Below are positions 40,960 to 54,500 of a stretch of DNA of 64,000 bases, one piece after another. The DNA is from Camelus ferus (taxonomy: Eukaryota). Made by a program: the position numbers and the translations under genes. Where the stretch lies: the NCBI RefSeq assembly GCF_009834535.1, contig NC_045696.1:43898001-43962000 (forward strand). The letters run 5' to 3'. Position 1 is the first letter of the stretch. Every line of letters starts with the position of its first letter. The notes under the pieces are model-generated. The model was not told the origin of the DNA. It saw nothing but the letters and a program-made list of their open reading frames with translations, and made no database searches.

Positions 40960-43900
40960 ATACAAATCTCCATTTTAATAATGTAAATGGGTTAAATTCT
41001 TCTATTAAAAGAACTATGAACTACAAAAGTTTTTGACTGTATAAAATATATAAAAAAAGAGAGCTAAAAACAAAATTTGGAAAGGGAAATACTAGAATTA
41101 TGCCAAAGATATTTCAGGCAACTGTAAATAAATAAGGTAAAGTCAAAAGTTGACATTGGAAAGTAGAAATTAAAGGAAAAGAAGTTAAAGGAGACAAAAT
41201 GGATTACTGAATTTTGAAGGGTAGTGTAAAGTACTATAAATATGTATTATCTGTAAACATTTTGGGGCAAATTCCATGGAATTGCAATTTAGAAAGACAT
41301 ATTTTATAGAGATATAAAGAGAAAAATGCCCTAAATAAGAGTCAATAATATAATATTCCCTTAAAAATATGACAAGGATAAATCATGGCAATAATAATAA
41401 AGTAATAGACTTAACATACATGAGTGTTTAAAATGTGATTAATTTCCTAAAGAAGAAATCATAGAGTTCATAGCTTTCATTCTGTTAAGACAACAAAATA
41501 GTAGGAAATAAAAATTAAAAATTAAGCACAAAAAATGAAAACAATGAAAATAGACTGTTAAAAAAATAAAGAAGAAAAAGAAAATAAATCATGAGTCAAG
41601 AATGAATTCAAATAATAGGAAAAAACAATAATACTATAGCAAACAAAATAATGGGCTGTAGCAAACATATATATGTTAAGAAAAAAACTTATAATCCTAA
41701 ATGTTCTAAATATAAAACAAAAAAGAATAAATTCTTCAAATCCAATATAGTAAAAAATAACAAAAATAAAGTAGAATAATTACAACAGCAAAAATACATG
41801 GGCAATTTAGAACAAAATAGCACAAATGGAAAATCCAGAAGATGGGTCCTCAAAAGATTGAAAATATTAGATATATTTCTTACAAATAAAATCATGGATA
41901 AATAAGGAAAATCACAAACACATAGCAATACCAATGAATAATATGATATAGCTATATAGATTAGATGCATTTCAAAAGAAGATTATATCAGTTTGCTAAT
42001 TAATTTAAAAATCATAATAAACTGTAGAATATCCTAAGAAAATATAATGAATCGAAGAGGAATCAGTTAAAGAGAAAATTTAAATCTATCATAACTGGAT
42101 CCAAATATCAACCAATACAACAGCAAATTATATTTCAATATCTTTGTTTTATGTGAGATTTCCATAACATTTTTAGGCAACAGTTTAAGCCTACATTCTT
42201 AAAATTGCTTGAACACACAGAACAGTTAAAATTATTTCTCATTGCTTTTTTTGAACTCAACATATACCTTATTAGCTTTCAAAGGGAAACATGTTTAAAA
42301 ACACAGACAAAACTCTGTATAATATACTTGTGAATTAAATTAAGTATCATTTAAAAATCAAATATACCAGCATCAACTTGTGTTTATCCCTAAAATTCAA
42401 GGATGATCCAATTAGGAAATTCATTAGCTACAAATTTAATTAAAATAAGCTAAAAATAGATTTGATCAAATTCAACATCCACTCTTAGCAAAACAACAAA
42501 ACCAGAACAGGCTACTCTTCCAGTGTAATAAAATAAGCATTATATCAAACTAAAAGCAGTAGTCATGGTGAATGTTTAAATATTACACTGACAAAAGCAT
42601 TTCTATAAAAAATCAAGAACAAGACTTAGGATGCTCACTCTCACCCTAAATTAATGATACAAGAAAGTAAAATAGTAAAATAAATACTGAAAAACAATAC
42701 AAAACACTTTAATATAAATTTGATTACCTATCTGAACAGTTCAGAAAAGGGAATTAAAAAATATTAGCCTGTTTCAAAATACTTTAAGTACAACTTTCCC
42801 AAATGAAAGAAATAATCAGCTATATAAGATGATAATAAATCATAGCAAAATTTGCCCCAAACAAATAATAAACTTAATGATAACTGTAAATGTGCTATAT
42901 AAAGGGAATAGGAATTTAACTGATGGACAAAATAATTTAAATAAATGTAATGAAATAGCAAGTCCTTTGATGAGAATGCTCAATATTATCAAAGATGTAT
43001 CAGAGTCATAAACCCCTCTGCCCTTCACAGACCCTAAACTACTTAGCATACCTGCAACCAATCAGAGACTTGTGCACAAGCCGATCATGCACCTTGTGAC
43101 CCTACCTTATAAACAGCTCGAACAGTTGACGCTCAGTGCTCACACAGGCACCTCTCGTCTGTGTGGCCCACTGTTGTCTGTGGCAACATAACCTAATAAA
43201 CTCCTTTTCTAGTCTCAAAAAAAAAAAAAGTGTTGCTTCTCATATTAGCCTATGAATCTAATTATTCATTTTAATGAACATTTCCATTATATTTTAAAAC
43301 TGGAAAATACTGTTTGTTACATTCATTTTGAGATACTATATAGAGATTCATGTAAGAAAAGGTGATTTATCATATAATAAAATAGATTATAACTTTACAA
43401 TTCAACCAATGGTAACAATTATTATGAAATTACATAGCATACAATAAATACATTGAATTTTAATCCAGAAATATGTTCAAGCATAAGATATACAAGGGGC
43501 ATTTCTTTTCAGTGCGTAAAGGACAAATATTTATCTCATATTCAGTGCCAAAGCAAAACTCAGATATGTTAAACATTTAATATGAAAAAGTCTATATAGG
43601 TAAATAATTAAATATTATTCAGGTGAGAAAGAATGTGTAAAGCAAAGAAATCATTTTGCTATATAAAATGCAAAAAGCAAATCCACATGATGAAAAACCA
43701 CAATTATTAAAAGGGGGACAAACATTAGGAAGACCATTTGCAACAAATATAATAAACATGGACTTAATACCATAAATATATAAAAATATTCCCAAAATAT
43801 GAAAAATTCACTCCAATTTTTTAATTCACTAAGTGTTTACTGTGATAACAAATTGAAACACAAATACATATATTCATGAAAGCCTATCTCACTATGTTGA

Positions 43901-44330
43901 TGTTAATTAAAATATTAAATATATTATTTTCTGACTACATATCAATAAATTTATGGTAAATAGCAAAGGAAATCTAAGAGCAAGCTGAACTTAAATAAGA
44001 TAGGATGCACTTAAATTTGCTTACATTTAAAGTAACATTACAAATTTAACTGAGATACTATGCATTTTATAGTGAAAGTAAGTTTTTAACTTAATACCTA
44101 TGTAAAAAAAAGTTAAAAATTTAAACTTTTGTAAATTTATGTACAACTTAGTTTTAGAGAACTCTGTAAGGATGTATATATATGATATATTATTCATATA
44201 TAATACATTAAAATATAATAATAGTTATCATTGCTTGGTAAAACAGCAGTTATCTCTGGCTGGTGGAGGTATTATATATTCTCATTCTTATTATGTCTTT
44301 TCTACATTGTTTAAAGTAATAAGTTACTTT
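40960..44330 (+). mobile_element. Ancient, highly diverged L1M body (ORF2 to 3'UTR), interrupted at ~42999-43229
   Basis: Strong A-rich strand bias with recognisable L1 remnants: aatgtaaatgggttaaattcttctattaaaag (endonuclease start), atttgatcaaattcaacatcc, caagaacaagacttaggatgctcactctcacc, ctcaatattatcaaagatgt. Boundaries approximate. Confidence 0.75.
42999..43229 (+). mobile_element. Polyadenylated LTR (U3-R) fragment; L1-style retrocopy of an ERV/LTR transcript
   Basis: GC-rich island with CCAAT 43058-43062, TATAAA 43108-43113, AATAAA 43195-43200 and A13 at 43217-43229 beginning 16 nt after the AATAAA; flanks aaagatgt / aaag-tgt. Confidence 0.7.
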
Positions 44331-47300
44331 CATATTTTTAAAATGAGGTTCTTGTCATCCAAGTATGCAGGCTAATGTGTACAACTATTGAAGCAGGATG
44401 CCTAGACAGAGCCTTGTGTGCATGTTACAAATATCTACAGAGACTTTATATCACAAAGCTATAGTCAAATAGCTAGGACTTAAATCCTCTCACTCATTCT
44501 AAGTCTTAGCCTCATGCTCTTTCCATTATATTTGTATACACATACAAGTTGCACACCCAGTAATGTGTCGTCCTGCCTTGGTAGCAATGATGCCAGCCTG
44601 AGAGTGGAGGAAGGGACCTACCTCTGTCAAGTCAGTATCTGGGGACTTCATGCCTGGAAGAGGAAAAATATCTCAAAGAAGAAGACTATTGAAAGGAGCA
44701 GCAAAACATTTTGAAGATGCAGGTGCTGATTTCACAAATGTTCTTATGATTCACTATGTGCCCCAACTAAAGTGATGATGAGAGTTTGCTTAGGTTTCAA
44801 AATAAAGGGAATTAATAGATTCAGATGAGTGGAGGTAACATTACCACTGCTGTCATTGATGTGAGGTTAGAAATTAGCATACAATAATGTACTAAGAGGG
44901 TCCACTCCTCTGTGCACCGAGTATTACCCCTCTGGTAGGAATTAACTTTTCCATGATGTGTGGGCATTCGTTAGGATAGAGATTGATATTCAACAATCAG
45001 CAACATTAATCACAATACTTTTTTTTCCCCTACATATAGGACCTCATAAATTTTAATGATAGATAAACTTTATTCAAAATGTGATTTGCAAAAAAGAAGA
45101 GAAAACAGTAATTACCTGGAATTGATTTGTAAGAAATCTACATTTATTGCACAATATGGCATTTAAACAAGTTCATGGGAAACCATACAAATCTTAATGT
45201 GAGGTGCTAACATGAATGTTTTTGACTGTGTTACTAAAAAAAAAATCTATCAGTTCTTGACTTTAAAACTTGTGTGCAAGTAATATTAATATTAGAATAT
45301 GATTATTGGGGCATGAATTTAGAAGGTAAGAGTAATAAATTTTTTCTTAATAACAATTTAAATTTTTTCTGCTTATAGAAAAGATATACCCAATATAGAA
45401 AATTTGGGGTGCCCAACAACATAGTAAGACTCACTTTTGATCAGAACTGCTGCAAAAGTATAACAGTAGTTCTCCTTTCAGTTGCTTCCAGAAATCTCCT
45501 TCATTCCTCCCTCTCTCCCTTTCTTCTTTCTGTTCTTATTTCTTTCTCTCTTTTTCTCTCTTTTATCTTCATTCTTTTTTATGTCCCAAACAATCGGTCA
45601 TCAATTTAGCTTCCTATCTTCAACCTATTTATGGTTAGGATCATATAATTTATGTAGCATTCGGTTTTGCTTGCCTGTTTAAAAATAATTGCTTCATATT
45701 ATGACCATTTTTCAACATACTTAAATGTCTATTATCAACATAATCTTAAATGGCTATATGATATTTCACAGTAAGAAGTGCTTCCTTAAATTGTACCATT
45801 AACATCGGCCTAAAATCCTTCTTACACAGATGGTTTTAAATGGCTTCTTGTCCTTGTTTCTATAGAGCAATGCTAGAACTTTTGTCCTCCAAATGATTTA
45901 TAAACATTGCACACATCTGTAAGAGGGTATTTAGAATTTAGATTAGCTTTCTGAATATACACAGAAATATTACTCAACGCATTTAGTGTGTGTTTAGTTG
46001 GCATGCGTTTGTGTATTTAGAAAATTCAGATATTCTAAAAGAGGTATCTCTTTCATGGAAAGATCATGAATTCATTGATTATACATATAAGAAATTATGA
46101 AGATCAATATAACACATACATGATTTCATTTTTTCAGCTATTTTTTCCTAAAATTCTTCCATATTTGAATGTGCCTACCTGACTTCAATCCGAACATTTA
46201 AAAAAATGGATTGATTTATATGAACCCAGGAGAATTATTGTGAAATGAAACAGCTAATATAAACTACATGTTTTTCTTATATGCTTATTTGCTGAGTGAA
46301 AGTTGCTATGCTATCAGAAACAAAATCATCTATGGGGTATTAGGCAGCAAAAGAAATACCATAGCCATGGGTTATTTCCAATTCAATACTGAAATAAAGG
46401 GTTTAAGACAGAAAATTGGTATTCCAATGTAACCTATCTGAAAATGAAGGCTGTTGAACCACCACTCAGAACCATAATAGTCATCATGTCTGGGGAATTC
46501 TAGACATTCTGTAGCTGTTTTCTGGAGTTCAGCGTAATCAATCCAAGCAATCTCACTTGTTTTGCCTACTGTACAATGGTTGTGCTTTAATTTTTTTCCT
46601 TTATTTTTCCATCTATGACTCAAGATTAAAAAGTACCAGACCGTGAAAGAACACTACAGTGTTAGAGTTCATATTGCTGTAATTTCTCTTTGCTTTGTGT
46701 TGTGAATTCTCTTGCCTTTTGTTCTTGCTTTCTTTTTTTTTTTCCTTTTTATAAATGAAGTCTGAATCAGTTATTTGCTGCATAAAGAGTAGGCCACTGA
46801 TATGAACATCAAGAAAATTGTGATTTAGTGAAATAATAATGCATTGAACTTGGGTGGCACTTTTCCTCACAACCTTTCTTGAACATTAATCATCTTCACA
46901 CTTCCCCCCATCAGGCAGATCAGCTCTCCCTGTTTCACAGCAGGGAAATTTGACAAAGAGGCAAAATGATATGCTGAGAATTGTCAAACTTATTAAGAAC
47001 CAAAATGAAAACAGAACCCAGAGTTTCTCAATAATAAAACCAGTTTTGTATTGGTTGCTCCCTCTCTGATTTTTCTTAGACGATCCCAGCTAAGCAGAGA
47101 GCTTGCTTATTAACAGTTTCGTGAGCGGGGAACAAAAAGTCAGGAAGGTCATATAATACAAATCCTTGTGCTTCCACATAAATATCTGTAAAGAGGTGCA
47201 AGAGATTTTTTTCTGAGGTCAGTATTCTCTGAATTAATTTACATTTATTTCTTTTTTAATGGGATGTAGAGCTGCTGTGTGTTTAAAAAGAACCTCCTCC

Positions 47301-47529
47301 TCCCTACCAAAGCAGTATTGACTTGGTACAATATCTGAGAAAAGAAATTTTGACATGATAGAATTGAATTTTGGAGACACACTTGGAAGTGTATCTGGGC
47401 TTAGAGCTTTTAGTGAAACACAGCAAAAATTTTAAATATTTTAAGTATCCTTCTTGTGACTCATTTTGAGCGGTTCTTATCAATTGTTTTGTGCATCTCT
47501 TCTCACTCTCTCTTTTTTCAATGTCCTTT

Positions 47530-47990
47530 AACCTAAAGTTAAACTAGAAACAGACCTGTATTTGAACAAGTTTGAGATACTTCTCGTTTTGGGAAAGGAG
47601 AATGGACACCATGGAGAACTGTGGGGCGTCTCACTAAGTGGGTGTTAGAAAAGATTCAGTCTATCTCAGCTTTGTTTAAGTGATTTTGGGGAGGATTCAA
47701 GAAAGGGCTTATTCTGGATGCAGTGCTGCCATGGAGTAGGGACAATTCTGTGACTGGATCTCTTCATCAGTTTTGTCTAGACAGACGAGAGCAAGTCTAA
47801 CACTGATTGTAAAGAAGGAACAGTCCCCATAATAGCCAGGTTAGGGGAGTGTTTACTCATTTTTCTGATTTGGACAACATTCATGTTTTTCCTTAGTATA
47901 CACATTATTATTAAGTGGTTTTTGTCTTGCTGCCAGACCTGAAGAAGATATGCTGGAACATCAGTCAGGCACTAGATGAGCAATAAGGAA
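47530..47990 (-). mobile_element. Old ERV LTR remnant (LTR78-like)
   Basis: ggacaccatggagaactgtggggcgtctcactaag...gtgattttggggagg...ggacaattctgtgactgg resembles an antisense old ERV1 LTR; family assignment is from memory only. Confidence 0.45.
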
Positions 47991-48566
47991 AGGCAAAAGA
48001 AAGCAAGTAACTTCAATTACACTCTAGTATAGAGTAAAAAAGGCAACAGGCCTCACAAATAGCCAGCCAGTTTCACCAACGGAAGGGGCTATGTATGTGT
48101 TTGGGATAAAAGTCTGCTGTGGTCATAGGTAGCATTCATTTGACTTTCAGAGAAATGAAGAGACAGACAGAGGAAGAGAGACAAGGACAGGAAGAGAATT
48201 TATCTAGGAACCTGGGTCTGAGCAGGATTCAGAGAATCTGATTCTGGTCGTATAATGACCAGATTTTTCCACAGAAATTAAGAAGACCTGTGTAATCCTC
48301 ATCTATACATATATCTAATCACAAAGCAAAAATATATGTGTTTTATTGGTGAAGCATTGAATGTCAATTCAGTATTCAGATATGACACTTTTTGTATATG
48401 TTTAATTGTATGTATTTATTCATTCCACCATACATTCATATGTTAATTCATTCCACAAAAAAATTACCAAGGACACGTGAGATACTAAGTGGAATGGATA
48501 TGGAATGACACAGTTAAATATGATTCCTGCCTTTTCAGAGCTTACATTGAATGTGAAAGACACATC

Positions 48567-49878
48567 TTTTATTTTTATTTTTATTTTCTTTTATTAAAGT
48601 ATAATTGGTATACAATGTTGTGTTAATTTCTGATATACAGCATAGACTTTCAGTTTTATATATATATAAAATATATATATGTATGTTTCTTTTCATATTT
48701 TTTCATTATAGGTTATTATAAGATATTGAATATAGTTCCCTGTGCTACACAGTAGAACCTTGTTGTTTATCTATTTTATATATAGTAGTTAGTATCTGCA
48801 AATTCAGAGCTCCCAATTTGTCCTTTCATTCCCCCTCCCCACTGTTAACCATAAGTTTGTTTTCTATGTCTGTGAGTCTGTTTCTGTTTTGCAAATAAGT
48901 TCATTTCTGCCATATTTTTAGATTTCACATATAAGTGATAACAAATGGTATTTTCTTTCTCTTTCTGGCTTGCTTCACTTAGAATGACCGTCTCCAGGTC
49001 CATCCATGTTGCAGCAAATGGCATTATTTGATTCTTTTTTTATGGTTGAGTAGTATTCCATTATATAAATATACTACAACTTCTTTATCCAGTCATCTGT
49101 TCATGGGCATTTAGGTTGTTTCCATGTCTTGGCTCTTGTAAATAGTACTGCTATGAACATGTATCTTTTCAAATTAGAGTTTATTCCAGATATATGCCCA
49201 GGAGTGGGATTGCTGGATCATGTGGTAAGTCTATTTTTAGTTTTTTAAGGAATCTCCATACTGTTTTCCATCACAGCTGTACCAAACTACATTCCCACCA
49301 GCAATGTAGGAGGGTTCCCTTTTCTCCACACCCTCTCCAGCATTTATTATTTGTGGACTTTTTAATGATAGCCATTCTGACTGGTGGAGGTGATACCTCA
49401 CTGTAGTTTTGATTTGCATTTCTTTGATAATGAGCGATATTGAGCATTTTTTCATGTGCCTATTGGCCATTTGTATGTCTTCCTTGGAGAATTGCTTGTT
49501 TAGGTCTTCTGCCCATTTTTGGATTGGGTTGTTTGTTTTCTTGTTATTGAGCTGTATAAGCTGTTCATATATTCTGGAAATTAAGCCCTTGTCAGTCGCA
49601 TCATTTGCAAATATTTTCTCCCATTCTATAGATTGTCTTTTTGTTTTGTTTATAGTTTCCTTTGCTGTGCAAAAGCTTATAAGTTTAATGAGGTCCCATT
49701 TGTTTGTTTTTGTTTTTATTTCTAATTGCCTAGGCAGACTGCCCTTGGAGAGAATATTGCTAAGATTTATGTCAGAGAATATTTTGCCTGTCTTTTCTTC
49801 TAGGAGGTTTATAGTGTCTTTTCTTAAGTCTTTAAGCCATTTTGTGTTTATTTTTGTGTATGATGTGAGGGAGTGTTC
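48567..49878 (-). mobile_element. 5'-truncated LINE-1 (relatively young, cetartiodactyl-type 3'UTR), antisense
   Basis: ORF 49237-49470(-) [28 protein letters not shown] is the L1 ORF2p C-terminus. A T-rich tail lies at 48567-48595. There is a possible degenerate TSD: aatgtgaaagacacatc(tttt) versus aatgagaggcagatatttt. Confidence 0.95.
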
Positions 49879-50589
49879 AATGAGAGGCAGATATTTTAAA
49901 AGGAATTTGAGAAATCTTAAAGAAAAGATTACTTGCGAGAATGGGCTGCTGTTTCCTTCCTACATTTCAGTCATGAAGAAGTCAGAAAAATGAGAGAGAT
50001 GTGAATGGGTTTAGGGAAAATAAAAAACCCATATTAACTGTGAAAAACTCCTGAGGCTCTCAAAATTTATTTGTGACTTGTTGAGGGAAGAAAACTGCAG
50101 ACCAATGTAGGGGACAGAATGACACAGTTAGGGAAATGGTTTCCTTATGACCATATGTTTGGCCTCTTTCCTTGTACTGCCATGATCAGCAGGGCAACAC
50201 CAGGAAAGATGAGTAGATGATAATGGATGATGCTAGCTACCTTCCTATTCCTTACACATTCACACCTACACACCAAGGCTAAAGGATCATGGTAAAAAGA
50301 CAAAAGCTCTTGGAAAAGAGCAGTAACTAGAGTGAAATTTCAAGGAGTTACCATGAAGAAGTGGTAAAATTAAAGCCAGGGAGTGCACCAATAGAGGTGG
50401 CTCTGCTCTGTGCAACCAACATAAAAACACCCCCAACACACACACACATTTATACTCACACACACACACACATTTATACTCACCAAGAGAGGCAAAAGTT
50501 AGGCCCAAAGTGTTGATACCTCCCTCCAGTATATACATATTTCCAGTCAAAGTATTTGACAGCCCCATAGAAATAGAAGTTGACAGGCA

Positions 50590-51560
50590 GAAAATTACTT
50601 ATTATGAAATGAATAAACAAATAAATAGTTAGTCAACTTGTACAAGTACAATGAGAATTAATAGAAGAAACAGAAAAAATATCAAATATTCAACATAAAT
50701 GCAATAGAAATCTCAGAGAAACAGAAATTATAAAGAAACATTGAGCATGAACACATAGCTATAAAATGAATAAAGAATAGCTACAGATAAGAAATAATTT
50801 AATGAACTGAAATATCAAGATTAAATATCTACAGTGCAAATAAATACATAAACGTATCAGAAAGGTAAAGTAGAATAAAAAATGAACAGTAAATTAAATA
50901 AAATAAGAGATAAAAAACATAGAAACTGACATGTTAACATCTATGTGACTAGAATCCCAAAGAAAAGAAAATAACAAATGTAGGAGGAAGAATATTTGAA
51001 AAAAATAATCATTGCAAATTTCCAAAAATTTATAATAATAGATCTCAGATTGAAAAAGTACATGGAGAGTTAACCAGATACATGAAGAAAACCTACATCT
51101 AGACACTTCACAATGGAAATTAATAAAATCAAGGTATAATTAAATTTTAATATAAATATTCCATAAAGAAAGATTACCCACAAAAGAACAATAAATATAT
51201 TGACATCATATTTGAAAAATATAAATTGTAATAAAATAGCAGTAATATTTTAAAAGTCCTAAAGAGAAATAATTTGAAACATAATTTTTTTTACTTTAAG
51301 ATAAACAATTATTAAATGTGAGGACACAATGAAACTATTCTGAGAATTATAAAACTGCCAAAATTTAGCTATACAACAAATTATTTTTGAAATATTCTTA
51401 AAGGGAATATCCTAATTAGAAGAGAAGTAAATCCACAAGAAAACATGATATAAGGGTAGTAACAGCAAACAAATTCATAGTTGATTTTCCAAAATATCCA
51501 GTACAAAATAAAAACATATTTTAAATTAAATTGCCTTCACAATTTTAATTTTAAAAAGCC
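50590..51560 (+). mobile_element. Diverged L1 ORF1-region (L1M/HAL1-like) fragment
   Basis: aacatctatgtgactagaatcccaaagaaaag...aatatttgaaaaaaataatcattgcaaatttccaaaa...aaacctacatctagacac resembles the ORF1 'GIPE...IFEEI..ENFP...PTPRH' region. Confidence 0.6.
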
Positions 51561-54500
51561 AAAATAGTAATAGGATTAAAGTAAACACATCATTATTCTA
51601 CAGTATTTTTAGAATGTAGAATTTGCTAGAAATACGTTCACATAAATATTGCAGAGGTTATTTTTCTTTTCATTTTTGTTTTAATTTCAAAACATCTTAT
51701 TCCACTCTGCTTTGTATATGTATTTATATTTACTTTTACTTTGTTATGTGAGAGAATCCTGGTGACTGATAAAAAAATAATGCTGATGCCAGTGAGCCAT
51801 CACATACTTCAAACTCAATGAGTCTTTGATCAGAATTCTTTTATTTATTCTTGTCTCTCTTAAAGTTGTGTCCAAATTTTAAAATAAAGATTTTTATCAA
51901 TTTTAATGTGTTTTATTTATATTTGGTTCTGGATACTATGCTCTCACAAAACTCAGAGATTACTTCTTAAGGAGATTACCTGATACAGAAGTTATTAATT
52001 CTTGGAGAATTTTGGAGTATATCAAAATAGTTTTGAAAGAAAAACAGGAAATTCTCTGCATTAAAAACAACTGCATGTTTCATGAAGGACTTAGAGACAC
52101 TCTCTCTTACTTACAATCCTCAGGTAGGTACAAAAAGAATATTTATCCTATCTAATTCACAAGTTCAGCACCCCATAAGGGCTACATGAATATGTATTAA
52201 TTAGTTTGTTTGGAAAAAGAGAGAGGGAAAGAAGAAGCAGACCCAATTAGGAGTTCAAAGACTTGTTTTTAAGCAAATTTGTTAAGTTTTGGTTTTTACC
52301 ATTTTTCAACATCGGAAATCAATATATTGAACAACTATATATTTAAAATAGGAAGTGTGTCCTTAAAAGTGCTTATATTTCCTGAGACATCCAGTAAAGT
52401 TTAAGAACTTACTTGAATTCTATTGTGGGGTTTTGGCTTTAATACATTTCCACTGTGAGGTTAATACAAGTCCAAAATTTCAGTCAAGCTCTTTCCAGTA
52501 CTTTGTAACTTCTCTTAATCTTTTTTCATACAGCTATTGCTATTTATGATCATAAGAGAGAATTCAGGAAATTTTTAAGTAGCAACTTTCCACCTATTGC
52601 AAACTAGTCACAATGTTCCATGCAGAACAGAGGTGGCCCAGAGCCAGAAAATTCTGACATTTAAAAGGTCCTGACACTATTCAGAGATTTGTACCCAGTT
52701 ACAAAACAAGGGTAGTTCACTCTCACAAAGGGGCTTTTATGTAACTGTGTCGCACAGCTCTGTTTCAGATTATTTCCTCTTTGACAGCATGGCTCAAAAG
52801 GTCAAGAGTTTGCCATTAGATTTTCACCCTACACTTTGAAATGGGCTCTTTTCAGACATTTATTATGATTATTTCTTAGGAAATTCTCTATATTATTAGA
52901 AAGACATGTCTCTTAATTAAAAATAGGAATTGATTATTATATAATGTGTCTACTAACAGTGTCACATTTTAAATTTACTGTTAAAATCTGTACATCTGTC
53001 ATCATATACATATGGTTTCCATCTTGAATTGGAGTACTAGAAATGTACCTCTGCATCTTCTCATCTGGTCATCATTACATGTATCATTAGAAGAATAGCA
53101 TTTATTTGTTACATTTATCAGTTATAGTGTATCTGTTTATAATTGTTAATGTGATACCGTGTGACAAGTATTGGGTTCAAATAATTTATCTAACTGGAAC
53201 AATTCAACTGTGAAAACTGCAAATAAGAGAAATGTACCTGGACTAGCCAGGGCCCTAAGGCAATGAATAATCAGGGTACAGAGCCACCCTGGAGGATCTC
53301 AGGACAAAGATCCTGGACCTTAGGACTGAATTAGGCTATAATCTCGCATGATTACTTCTATGATCTCCGTGATTTCCATTGCAGTTATTAAATACTGCAA
53401 TTTGGACTCAGGCTCTGGTTTTGTGAGTCATAGTCCAGCACTCATGCCAGCATAAAATTAGGATTAATCTGAAAACACTCACAAACTTCATGGATGTTGT
53501 ATATAACTGAAATATATATCTCCTGAATAACCCATTCAATTTTTCCTTTTGAATTAAGCTCTTAAGCAAAGATACACGCTCATATCAAGAAACCCAAAAA
53601 GATAATGGTGGATTTAATGTCATTAAATGTTAATTACAATGAACACTTGTAGACTTTTCCTGAATGCATTTATGCCTACTGGTACAAGGGCACTGAAATA
53701 ATAAGGTAGCTATGACTATCATAATTCCTAATATGAGTCTTATGAGAAACAATAAATGTTCCTCTAAAAGGAGAGCAAACATTATTCACATACATAGCCA
53801 CACTCTTATAAGGCTCTGGTGGCCAGTGTGTGGCATTGGTTCAAGGAGAGACAAAGTGCTGAATAACCCACGCTGCAGAAGAATGACTAAATAATCATTT
53901 GTTTAGCAGAGCTCCTCAACATTAGACAAGCAGATTTTTTTGTTTTTTGAGCACCTAACTATAACTAGTTCCTGTTCTACAACAACATGTGATGAGTTGG
54001 AAGTTAACTATGTAGTGAATATGTTGCAGAGCTGTTTTTGAATAAAAACATATCTAGTTGACAAAATCCCATTCCAATAAATTATAATGAATGAAATTTG
54101 TGTTTAACATTGCAAATGATGTATTTGCTTTATCTTTCTATGGTAAGTCCTAATTGTGGAAGTATGAAAGATGTGCCACTGAAGATAGGGGCAGAAAAAA
54201 AACAGATTACGAGTCTTAGTGAAATTTTGGAAAATTGGGTGTTATTTTCACCTATTCCTACATGCTAGAAAAAAATTCATAGCAGAGGAAGAGAGAAATA
54301 ATACTTTCCCCTAATTTCACCAGGTAAGAGTAAATACTCTTATCTCCTGTAGTAAGGTATTCTCTATGGCACTTTTTATTTGTTATCTTATGTTATAGAC
54401 TTTAGAACATTATTTTAACTCACTTCTCTCATCAAATCTAAATCTGTAAGGTCAAAGAGAGGCTTAATTTTCTTTGAAACTGCTACAGTATCTGACTCAC

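Noticed and set aside
49409..49993. Longest ORF (194 aa)
   Set aside because: It is the antisense reading of L1 ORF2 (MICISL...[16 protein letters not shown]), a well-known spurious ORF; the same applies to 49194-49406, 39340-39570 and 62891-63211.
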